Below are positions 45,501 through 57,644 of a stretch of 64,000 nucleotides of DNA, one piece after another. A program made the position numbers and the translations under genes. The notes beneath the pieces were generated by a model. That model was not told the DNA's origin, ran no database searches, and worked only from the letters and a program-made list of their open reading frames with translations. Positions within the stretch are counted from its first letter, which is position 1. Each line of letters starts with the position of its first letter. This DNA is from Octopus vulgaris (lineage: Eukaryota): contig OX597826.1 in NCBI GenBank assembly GCA_951406725.2, positions 84,134,001 through 84,198,000 on the forward strand, in the 5' to 3' direction.

Positions 45501-45878
45501 ACTTCACCCATATAGTTAATCAGGATATATAGAAAGGTATTATACCCAATGACTGGCATAGCAGCATTGTAGTCAACTGTTATAGGAAGACAGACGTTAA
45601 ATGATGTTGATATATTTTTTAGTATACATAACTGACTTCTACACGTCCTTCATGGATGATTCTATGATCCACAAAAACAGATGAATTATATCCAAAATGC
45701 TAATGTTGCTGCTACCAAAAGGTATTGAGGACTTGATGCTTTTTGTTTCAGTAGAGTTGCCCTTCCAACTATAATCATCCTTATTTCTTTTAAATCTCTG
45801 AATTATCACCATTATCCCATTGCATGACATTTTGAGTCTATTGGGTACCTGGAAAATGAATAAAACCAGTCGTGTGTA

Positions 45879-46345
45879 TCTCTTATTATAAAAGGCAGAT
45901 TTTATCTGCCTCCCTTTGGGAGTTATACAAATCTACAATATAGGATTTCTTCAATTACAATTTACCTTGCATTTTTAAGAGTACAATGCATTGCGTCATG
46001 CCAGCTCCAGTTTTTAAAATTTAAACTCCAGTTAAGCAAAATTTACAGAAAACTCACATTCTGGTGTGTGTGTCAAATGCTTTTCTTAGTCTGGTTTACA
46101 CCACACGCAAACGCACACACACAGTGGGCAACGAATAAAATGAAACTAATTCACTTACTGTAGTGAGTGATTCTTTCACTCTGCCTCCCACTTCTTCTTT
46201 CCACACAGACACGCAAATATATAAATAAAATTGTAAGCTAACGTGCGTGTGTGTGAGTGGGTGGGTGTGGGTGTGCGCGTGTGTGTGTGTGTGTGTGAGG
46301 GTGCGCGTGTGTGTGTGTGTGTGCGCGTGTGCGTGAGTGTGTGAC
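45879..46345 (+). mobile_element. Helitron 5' region (type A)
   Basis: A|TCTCTTATTATAAAAGG with hairpin GGCAGATTTTATCTGCC. Near-identical inverted copy at ~54020-54335 and a diverged copy at ~36250-36343. Confidence 0.7.
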
Positions 46346-46395
46346 AGGAAAGTTTTTTTACGACGAATATAATACCTATATCCAAGTAGCAGAAA

Positions 46396-46880
46396 GATAA
46401 GACAGTAAGGTGTGATTTGAGGAAGATTTGGCTGCTATTTCTACCATGTCTAGCTGCCATGTAGGGGTCTCCCTCATAGGCTCATACATACATATATATA
46501 TACATAGATAAGACAGTAAGGTGTGATTTGGGGGAAATTTGGCTGCTATTTCTACCAGGTCTAGCTGCCATGTAGGGGTCTCCCTCATAGGCTCATACAT
46601 ACATATATACATAGATAAGACAGTAAGGTGTGATTTGGGGGAAATTTGGCTGCTATTTCTACCAGGTCTAGCTGCCATGAGGGGTCTCCCTCATAGGCTC
46701 ATACATACATATATACATAGATAAGACAGTAAGGTGTGATTTGGGGGAAATTTGGCTGCTATTTCTACCAGGTCTAGCTACCATGTAGAGGTCCCCCTCA
46801 TTGGCTCATATATATATATACATACATAAGACAGTAAGGTGTGATTTGAGGGAGATTTGGCTGCTGTTTCTACCAGGTCT
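46396..46880 (+). repeat. Minisatellite, ~106-111 bp unit, ~4.5 copies
   Basis: Unit starts GATAAGACAGTAAGGTGTGATTTG at 46396, 46507, 46614, 46720 and ~46824. Confidence 0.95.
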
Positions 46881-47243
46881 GTTAGGCCTTCTCATGTAAA
46901 CTCAAGCTTTCTCATGCCTTCAACATATGACCAAAGCAGAGAATGTATTCTTTTATTCTTCTGCTTTTTCCAGCCATTGGTCTGTGGCCATGCTGGGGCA
47001 ATGCCTTGAAGAATTGTAGTTTAATGAATCAACTCCAGTTTTATTTTTGTAAGCATTGTACTTATTCTATCTGTTTCCTTTGTCAAACCACTAGGTGACA
47101 GGGATGTAAACAAACCAACATTCGTTATCAAGCAGTGGTGGAGGACAATCACAAGCACAGACACGCACACACATACACACACACATACATGCATACACAT
47201 ATACACACATACATACATATATATATATATGTGTATATATATA

Positions 47244-47502
47244 TTGCAGCGTGGAAGGTGTTTGTAAGCCATTTAAGAAACACACAAAAACCGTTACATT
47301 CACTTCAACATTTAAATTTAATTTGCCAAAATATTTTCGTCGCTTTGAGACCGCCACCTGTTCACTGACAAAAATATCGTGCTAACAGGTCGCGGTCTCA
47401 AAGCGACGAAAATATTTTGACAAATTAAATTTAAATGTTGAAGTGAATCTAACGGTTTTTGTGTGTTTCTTAAATGGCTTATAAACACCTTCAACGCTGC
47501 AA
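47244..47502. repeat. ~260-bp near-perfect palindrome (arms ~120 bp)
   Basis: TTGCAGCGTGGAAGGTGTTT...GAGACCGC / GCGGTCTC...AAACACCTTCAACGCTGCAA. Confidence 0.95.
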
Positions 47503-47574
47503 CTGTTTTCGTTCCAGCACACGATCTCAGATCAAGTCACTTGCTATGCAAGTACATCTCTGTAACTATATATA

Positions 47575-47613
<39 letters not shown>

Positions 47614-47676
47614 TGGTAAAAACAGTAAGATAACAAAAGAAAGAAAGAGACCTCAATATTATGTAAATAGAGGAAA

Positions 47677-48067
47677 TCTTTATAGATAAAAGTGAGGTTG
47701 TGTGTCTGTCTCCTACGATTTAGATTCCTAACTACTCCCACATTTTGCGGTGCAGTTTAACCAAAACCGGGTATCTTATAGTCGTGATTCATATCGAGAC
47801 CGTCTGGGTATTAGCGCGCGTCTACGATGAGTCTACGATTTATAAAAAAATTTACCATCAATTTTTCCAATTTTTAATACATTTTTGACATATATAAGGG
47901 AAGTAACTCTCTAAAATTATTAAATCTCAGAACGTAAAAAGCTACAGTAACACCCCTCCCCCTTTGTGGTTAGCCATATTGAGATGGCTATTATACTTTA
48001 CATCTCTAAAAATGCTTATATAATTATTTCCCTTACAAACCCGAGCAACGCCGGGCGATACTGCTAG
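47677..48067 (+). mobile_element. Complete non-autonomous Helitron (type B)
   Basis: A|TC 5' end, 3' hairpin CCCGAGCAACGCCGGG, CTAG|T end and no TSD. Confidence 0.85.
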
Positions 48068-48079
48068 TGTGTATATATA

Positions 48080-48393
48080 TGAGTGGCTGTGTGGTAAGTA
48101 GCTTGCTTACGAACCACATGGTTCCGGGTTCTATCCCAATGCATGGCACCTTGGGCAAGTGTCTTCTACTATAGCCTTGTGAGTGGATTTGGTAGACGGA
48201 AACTGAAGGAAGCCCGCCATGTGTATATATATATATATATATTTGAGAGTTTGTGTATGTATATGTTCGTCCCCACCAACATTGCTTGGCAACCGATGCT
48301 GTGTTTACTGCAAAAGAGACCGATAGAATAAGTACTAGGCTTACAAAGAATACGTCCTGGGGTCGATTTGCTTGACCAAAGTCGGTGCTCCAT
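48080..48393 (+). mobile_element. SINE family A, internally deleted
   Basis: Matches 30013-30400. Confidence 0.85.
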
Positions 48394-48871
48394 CAAAAAA
48401 GAGAGAAAAACACGTTTTCACTCTCTAAATATCGACTTCTTTCATAAACAACCAAGTTGATTTGTTATTGGGCTCCTAGACTGAACAATTGCATGATCTT
48501 GTATGGATCTGAGAGTAATTTGACTGCTATTTCTAGCCACCCCAAGTTAGCCTTGTTAATCATGTGAACGTCTAAAGAACTGAAAGTTATTTTAACAGTT
48601 GACAAACCAAATTCTAGTCAAGAACTCGTTTAAAAATTGCTGAGCCTTAACAGAAACCATTAACATTTGAAGTAATAGACTTATTTTTAAAGGTGTGTGT
48701 GTGTGTGTGTGTGTGTGCGCGTGTGTGTGTCTGTTTGTCCCCAAACATTGCTACACAACGGATGTTAGTCTGTTTACGTCCCCATAACTTAGAGGTTCAG
48801 CGAAAGAGATTGATAGAATAAGTACTAGGCCTACAAAGAATAAGTCCTGGGGTCGATATGCTCGACTGAAG

Positions 48872-48928
<57 letters not shown>

Positions 48929-49111
48929 CTGGAGCGCCGCCTTTAGTCGAGCACATCATACACAGCACTTCTTTGTAAGCCTAGTATTTATTCTAACTTG
49001 TTCTCTTTTGCCGAACCGCTAAAATACAGGGAGTAAAACACACCTCTATCGGTTAAAAGCATCAACAACTACAGTCAATCGAAGATAATGACCAAACTGT
49101 CTACCAATTCA

Positions 49112-49920
49112 GACACTCAAACACGCGGACAAACACAGAAATGAAGACAGTTACATACCTGCACATGCACAAACACACAGACATACACATATAGAAATGA
49201 AAAATACACACTTACACATTCAAACTCTCACACTCACACACGCACAAACACACACACGCACCCACACACAGAAATGAAAACACAGTTACACAATCACACA
49301 TAAAACCCTAACCCTAACTAGCACAAACATACAATTTATTCAGAATGTAAAGGGGCATTGGGTGCTTTGCACTCGCAGTTAGAATATCAGCTCCCTCCAC
49401 GCCAGTATGAGAATTTCTTTCATCCACTTGTGAAATTAATACATTGTCGACACATGACAAAAATATGAGCAACATCTGAAGTCACTAAAGGTGCAATAAA
49501 TTGAACTTATTTTGATTTAGTAGTTAGTGATCTCAAATGTGGGTATCTTAGCAATGGTCAGTGTCGCACACACACAAGCAAATAGAAACACTCAGTCGCT
49601 CACACACTCGCGCACACAGAAATAAAAACACTCTCTCTCACACACACACACACACACACAAACACTGAAATGAAAATACCCACACTCACATAAATAAAAA
49701 CAGTCCCACACTCACAAGGAGCCCCAATAGGTATATAAAAAAAGTTTCTAGTATCTTTCCTAGCCCATAATTTATGATAATTGTAGTTCTAACAATAAAT
49801 AAATACCTACTAATTCAGTACATCGTACATTACGTCCCCGTAAATTATCGGTTCTGCAAAAGAGAACAATACGTTAAGTACTAGGAATACAAAAATAAGT
49901 CCTGGGGTCTATTTGCTCGA
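49112..49920 (+). repeat. Segment duplicated at ~63180-64000
   Basis: Colinear high similarity from ACACTCAAACACGCGGACAAACACAG through CATTACGTCCCCGTAA. Confidence 0.9.
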
Positions 49921-50178
49921 CTAAATGCGGTACACCACAATTTAATAACAATAATATAATTATATGCAAGGTAAGTAAATCTATATGATATTTTGTAGTT
50001 ATCTCACTAACTTACGGTGACGTAAACACATCAGAATCGGTTGTCAAGCAATTTTGAGGACAAAAACGCAGACAGAAACATAGACACACACATACATATG
50101 TGTGTGCGTGTGTGTATATATATATATATCTTTATGTGTGTATATATATATATATCTTTATGTGTATATGTATATCTT

Positions 50179-50213
<35 letters not shown>

Positions 50214-50248
50214 CTTTATGTGTGTATATATATATATATATATATCTT

Positions 50249-50283
<35 letters not shown>

Positions 50284-50290
50284 TTATGTG

Positions 50291-50362
<72 letters not shown>

Positions 50363-50363
50363 T

Positions 50364-50396
<33 letters not shown>

Positions 50397-50634
50397 TTAT
50401 GTGTATATATATATATATATATCTTTATGTGTATACTACAAAATTAGAGAATGGAGAAACATACTTAAATCAGTAAAACATCAACTATCCGATGATACTC
50501 AATCCATACTTTAATACACCATTACATATGAGTAAAGGCAATATATAAAATGAAATGAGATATACAGTAATAGTAAAAGTAAAAAGATAAAGAGATATAA
50601 GTAAAAAATTTCAAATATAATATGCAAATAAATC

Positions 50635-50750
50635 AAAACTGACAGCTGTTTCGGCAGTGAGGACAGTCATACCTCATTTAACCTATAAGCCATAAAGGCA
50701 GGTATAAATGAGGTATTAACAAGGATGCCCCACGGCCTCTTCAGAGAATT
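50635..50750 (-). ncRNA. Type I hammerhead ribozyme motif, Penelope-like
   Basis: Minus strand CT-CTGAAGA-[GGC..long stem II..GCC]-GAAAC-AGCT-GTC-AG. Conserved core nucleotides present and the stem-III loop is palindromic. Confidence 0.7.
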
Positions 50751-51085
50751 AAATTAAATTTGTTATAATAGTGAAAAATATTATATAATCATATACATAT
50801 AAATATAAAAATATAAAAATGTAAAATATAAAAACTTATATATCATAATGCTACACTTATATAATATAATACACATTTGTACAAAAAGGAAGGTAAACAG
50901 AACAATATAAAACAAAATATATAACAGTGTATATATTAATATTAATAAGTACCGATATTATACATATTTGGCTAATAGTTTTTTTTATAAAAAAAGGGCT
51001 AACACATATGGAGATGAAAAATAATAATTAAATCCGTGGTACAGTTCATAAAATTCTAAAGCTATAAAAGTTAATAAAAATTACT

Positions 51086-51132
<47 letters not shown>

Positions 51133-52474
51133 TAATAATAATAAAAAAATACTAAAAATAGATACAGTTAAGTTAGCACCAAGTCCATCCTTTCAAGATC
51201 GAAATAACTATGAGTTAAGAAATGCTGACCACTAGGTAAAGAAAATTTAGATTAATTCGATTGGCTATTGGTTTGAAATTTAAATCACAAAAGAAAATTA
51301 TACGGTTGGTTAGTCAAGGAACGCCAATATTCACACACGCATCTACAGATCAATCGCACATACACACATAGTTATATGTATATACATACACTTATACACA
51401 TACAAAATTACAAGCAACAACTAGCACTTAGATAAACAAAAAAGGGGAAGCAACTATGCTAACATTTAGTCCTTCAAAATTATAACTGAGCCTTAATAAC
51501 AAAAAAAGAACCATCCATGCATTCTATAAAATATTTAATTTAGATATAAATATATTTTTAAATATCAGTATGTTACTAATTCAGATAATTATTTCATGGG
51601 TAACTTAAAATTTATAACACCGGTTTGTTACAGAGTAAACATACGGTTGTTAGGTTTATCGTAAGTTTGTTATGATTTTAAGTACGCTAAATTATAAAAT
51701 ATAAAATATAAAATATATATTAATTTAAATATTATAAATAAGTCACTTATTAACTTAATAAATATAGTGCCATAATATACCAGTTTAGGCATTAAAGAAT
51801 AGAAGGGGAAGTATTAATGTAAACGCTTATGAGAACATCACAGAAATTTTAAATAAATTTTATATTATAAAGACTTAAGATGAAAAGAGATAAAATAAAT
51901 AAAAAGGAATAAATACGAAGGAATAAATACGGTTATACACATAATTATAAGTACAAACTAGTATATATGTATTCATATATTATTAAAATTAAATACAAAT
52001 AAATGATAGATATGTATGTATAAAACTACACCAGTATAAGTAAATAAGTAAAAAATAAATAGGTAACAAATTAGATGACTTGATATGTATGTAAACATCT
52101 ACACTTAAATAGGCAAATAAATAAATGAATAGAAGACTAGATGCAAAGATTGATAATATTACAATAAAATGGGAAATAAATAAAAATAAATAAAGTGAAT
52201 ATATATATTTATATATATTTTATATTGTTGAAAGTAAATATGTATGGAAGGATAGTTTAAAGTACAGATCCAGAGGACTATAGATATAAACTAAATATAT
52301 GAGGCTGGTAATAATTATAAAGCAAAATGCATGTAAATGAGAAAATGAAAAAAAGAAAAATGAAAAATGAAAAATGAAAAAATGAAAAAAGAAAAAGGTT
52401 TATCAGTGAATAGCATAGGATACATATATATATATATATATCTTTATGTGTATATATATATATATATATATCTT

Positions 52475-52523
<49 letters not shown>

Positions 52524-52524
52524 T

Positions 52525-52583
<59 letters not shown>

Positions 52584-52674
52584 TTATGTATATATATATA
52601 TATATATATCTTTATGTATATATATATATATATATATATCTTTATGTGTATATATATATATATATCTTTATGTG

Positions 52675-52723
<49 letters not shown>

Positions 52724-52820
52724 TTATGTGTATATATATATATATATATATATCTTTATGTGTATATATATATATATATATCTTTATGTGTATATATATA
52801 TATATATCTTTATGTATATA

Positions 52821-53681
52821 CTAGCAGAATTGCCCGGCGTTGCTCGGGGCTGAATTGCTTGAAAGTACTGTTAATGATTGCACTGAATTATGATGATTAT
52901 TCAGGCAAATATTGAAATAAGCTTACGGTGGGAGATAAGGACTTAACGCCAAACGTGTGCCATTGCATTGTTTTGGGGGAACCAAATTTCTGATGAGCAT
53001 TATAGGGGCACTAACTTTAAGTTTGAGAAAGTGTGGTGGTAGTCCGGGGTGCTCAAAGGAATTGAGTACCCCTATTGGATAGTTGATGACGTCCTCTGGG
53101 TCAGGAGTTGTATCGATAGACTGATATACATCGACTTCCCCAGGAATGAGTTTTAGCATTTCATCATTAATATGGTGAACAGTTTTATTCCTCGGGGCCA
53201 GTATAGCCTTTTTGCCAATCCAATCCATATTCTGATAATTAGCTTGTAAATCTGGGAACACTGCATCTCCGAGATCAGAAGGCGTCTTAACAATGGTACA
53301 AATGGAATCGATGGCAATATTACCATTTTCATCCCCTGGTATTTTGCCTTCGCCAAGTGCAAGGAGAGTGTGAGGAAATGCTGGTGATGTGATATTACGT
53401 CGCATATGAGCACGCATATTGGTGTGAAGTTTGAGAGTTACTTCCGTTTATTTTTAAAAATATGCATTAAAATGGAAAAAAATGATGGTAAATTATTTGT
53501 AAAATCATAGACTCATCGTAGACGCGCGCTAATACCCAGAAGGGCTCGATATGAATCACGACTATAAGATACCCGGTTTTGGTTAAACTGCATCGCAAAA
53601 TGTGGGAGTAGTTAGGAATCTAAATCGGAGTAGACAGACACACAACCTTTCTTTTATATATAAATACATACATACACACAC

Positions 53682-53724
<43 letters not shown>

Positions 53725-54335
53725 TGCATACATACATATACACATAAACCGAGTAAAAAATTTCAGTTATCTCTCTCTTTCACACATTACTCTCTCTGTC
53801 TCTTCACACACACTAACAGAAGCACTTCACTTACACAACATACTGTCTGTCTCCCACACTCCATCAAACACACACACACACACACACACATGTACATCAA
53901 TGAGTCCCATGCACGGTAACTTGAAAGGAACTTCCCTCGTCATACAATCGCTTTCTCTTAGTCTCTTTCGCTCTCATTACTTATGTAAAAAAATAAAAGT
54001 TTTTTCTATGTGTGTAAAGAGGAAGTGGGAAGCAGAGTGAAAGAATCACTCACTACAGTAAGTGAATTACTTTCATTTTATTCCTTGCCCACTGTGTGTG
54101 TGCGTTTGCGTGTGGTGTAAACCAGACTAAGAAAAGCATTTGACACACACACCAGAATGTGAGTTTTCTGTAAATTTTGCTTAACTGGAGTTTAAATTTT
54201 AAAAACTGGACCTGGCATGACGCGATGCATTGTACTCTTAAAACTGCTAGGTAAATTGTAATTGAAGAAATCCTATATTGTAGATTTGTATAACTCCCAA
54301 AGGGAGGCAGATAAAATCTGCCTTTTATAATAAGA
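52821..54335 (-). mobile_element. Composite Helitron: type A 5' end (54335), type B 5' region (~53440-53665), helicase fragment (52923-53440), 3' hairpin + CTAG
   Basis: CTAGCAGAATTGCCCGGCGTTGCTCGGG at 52821; peptide LLALGEG..AILAPRN..LKV.APIMLIRNL...CNGTRL. Confidence 0.85.
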
Positions 54336-54363
54336 TATATATATATATATATATATATATCTT

Positions 54364-54404
<41 letters not shown>

Positions 54405-54483
54405 TTATGTGTATATGTATATATATATATATATATATCTTTATGTGTATATGTATATATATATATATATATATCTTTATGTG

Positions 54484-54524
<41 letters not shown>

Positions 54525-54531
54525 TTATGTG

Positions 54532-54570
<39 letters not shown>

Positions 54571-54649
54571 TTATGTGTATATGTATATATATATATATAT
54601 ATATCTTTATGTGTATATGTATATATATATATATATATATCTTTATGTG

Positions 54650-54688
<39 letters not shown>

Positions 54689-54694
54689 TTATTG

Positions 54695-54733
<39 letters not shown>

Positions 54734-54740
54734 TTATGTG

Positions 54741-54771
<31 letters not shown>

Positions 54772-54780
54772 CATTATGTG

Positions 54781-54811
<31 letters not shown>

Positions 54812-54854
54812 CATTATGTGTATATGTATATATATATATATATATCTTTATGTG

Positions 54855-54891
<37 letters not shown>

Positions 54892-54904
54892 TTATGTGTA
54901 TATG

Positions 54905-54975
<71 letters not shown>

Positions 54976-55008
54976 TTATGTGTGTATATATATATATATA
55001 TATATCTT

Positions 55009-55053
<45 letters not shown>

Positions 55054-55060
55054 TTATGTG

Positions 55061-55097
<37 letters not shown>
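54336..55097. repeat. Compound microsatellite (TA)n-CTTTATGTG; also at ~50115-50435, 52420-52820, 57390-57620, 59640-59745
   Basis: Direct reading. Confidence 0.95.
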
Positions 55098-55099
<2 letters not shown>

Positions 55100-57389
55100 A
55101 GTCTAAACTTCCATAAGGCAAACTGGAAGAAGATCAACGAAGAGATCCGAAAACATGACTGGAGTGACTTCATCACCACACAAGACACCAACACACATTT
55201 CCAACATTTCATGACAACAATACAGAACATATGCCATAAGTTTGTCCCGGAGAAAAAAGCCAGCGGGCATAGGAACGTTATTCCCAGAGACAGGAAAATA
55301 CTTATGAGGCGAAGAGCTAAGCTCTCGAAGCAACTGAACGCACGGCAGAGAAACAATGAGGGACTCCACCTGAAACTTTTTGAAACGGAAACTGCACTCA
55401 AACTTTCCTATGAGAAGGAGAGGGCAGAGAGAGAAGCCAGGGCCATAGAGAATATTAAAACAAACCCTAAAGCCTTCTTTAAATTTGCGAAAGAAACCAC
55501 CTCGGTACACTGCAAGATTGGCCCACTCTTTGATAAAAAGGGCTCTCTAACTGAGGACCCCCAAGGGATAAGTGAAATACTAAAGGAACAGTATAAAAGT
55601 GTGTTCACATCCCCTCTGGGGCACATGCAAATCACAAACCCAGAAGTTTTCTTTGATGCCACAACACTCCAAAACCAAACAACAACCATCGACCACATAG
55701 ACATAACAGAGAGGGATGTAATATCTGCCATAGAAGAAATGAGAATAAACTCAGCTGCTGGACCAGATGGATTCCCAGCAGTCCTCCTAAAACATGCAGG
55801 CATGCCCTAGCGGGACCACTGAAGAAGCTCTTCAGTGGTTCCTTGGCTAACGGTAAACTGCCCAGGGCGCTAAAAGAAGGCACCATATGCCCTATCCACA
55901 AAGGAGGGAGTAGAGCAGAGGCCAAAAACTACAGGCCAGTCTCCCTGACGTCACACATAAGTAAGGTCATGGAACGAATCGTCAGAAAAAAACTGATCAC
56001 GTTCCTCGAAGAAACTAACCGTCTCACTGACACACAGCATGGCTTTCGCCCAGGAAGAAGCTGCCTTACGCAGCTGTTACAACACTACGACTGGGTACTG
56101 AAACAACTACTGGATCGCTCACAGGTGGATGTGGTATATCTCGACTTTGCGAAGGCCTTTGACAAAGTCGACCACGGAGTGATATGTCACAAATTACTCA
56201 GACTCGGCATAACAGGAAAAGTAGGTGAGTGGATACATGACTTCCTGAAGGACAGAAGCCAGATGGTTGCAGCCAATGGAGCCCTCTCGGGAAAGACACC
56301 AATAGCAAGTGGGGTGCCACAGGGCACAGTCTTGGGACCCTTGCTGTTTTTGGTGGCGCTCTCTGACATGCCCTTGGTAGCACAAACAACATCCCTCACT
56401 AGCTATGCTGATGACACAAAGGTAGCACAGGCAATCAAAAACCCAGCTGATGCTGACCTTTTACAACAAGATCTGGAAGCCATATACAAATGGGCTGAAG
56501 ACAACAACATGCAATTTAATGCTGGTAAATTTCAAGCCTTACAATATCAAGCTGTAAACACATATACATTACAACACAACTATACTGGTCCAGGAGGGAT
56601 CGAAATCCCAGTATCGAAATCAATACGGGACCTGGGGATAGACATGAGTGACGATGCATCTTTTTCTTCACACATCGCGAAGGTGGCGACAATGTGCAGA
56701 CGACTCACTGGCTGGATCCTGAGGACATTCCGGACAAGAGACTGCGAGACCATGTTGACACTATGGAGGACATTTGTCCTAAGCCGCCTGGACTACTGCT
56801 CCCAACTGTGGTCACCGCATAGTGTCAAACTAACCACAGAGCTTGAGACAATCCAAAGACATTTCACCAAGAGGATTTCCACCATGAAAGAAAAGAACTA
56901 TTGGGAGAGGCTTAGGGAACTCAATTTGTACTCCTTGGAACGAAGACGAGAGAGATATGCAGTGATATACATATGGAAAATCCTGGAGGGACTAGCACCA
57001 AATTTTGGAATTGAGAGCTGTTCCAATCCCCGTACAGGACGTCACTGTGTGGTGCCAAAGGTCCCGTCTTCCACATCCAGGGTAAGGAGCAGATACTGTA
57101 ATAGCCTGGGGTTCAGGGGCCCTCAGCTTTTCAACAAACTGCCAAGAAAACTAAGAGATCTACATGATGCGGATGTGGACATTTTCAAAAAACATCTAGA
57201 CAAGCTGCTTTCCGGGATCCCAGATGAACCCACTGCAAGGTACGAAGGTAACCTAAGGGCAGCAGCTACAAACTCTCTCTTAGATCAGTGGCCAGCCACG
57301 GCAAACTGGACTTAGAGAGGGTAGCAACAAGGGCGGTGCCCCAGCATGGCCTCAGCCGGATGGCTGAAACAAGTAAAAGAGTAAAAGAG
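55098..57389 (+). mobile_element. CR1/L2-group LINE, third family, 5'-truncated, nearly intact RT (one frameshift near 55790)
   Basis: Open frames 55098-55810 and 55843-57315 with complete RT motifs. Tail CTGAAACAAGTAAAAGAGTAAAAGAG. Confidence 0.95.
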
Positions 57390-57403
57390 TATATCTTTAT
57401 GTG

Positions 57404-57442
<39 letters not shown>

Positions 57443-57479
57443 TTATGTGTATATGTATATATATATATATCTTTATGTG

Positions 57480-57516
<37 letters not shown>

Positions 57517-57523
57517 TTATGTG

Positions 57524-57568
<45 letters not shown>

Positions 57569-57575
57569 TTATGTG

Positions 57576-57626
<51 letters not shown>

Positions 57627-57644
57627 TATACATCATATATATTC

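Noticed and set aside
46396-46880. Regular repeat considered as CRISPR-like
   Set aside because: Whole units repeat with no unique spacers, there are no cas genes, and the context is eukaryotic.
50750-52420. AT-rich tract as a mitochondrial insertion
   Set aside because: No recognisable mitochondrial tRNA, rRNA or protein motif; better explained as Penelope-associated or low-complexity DNA.
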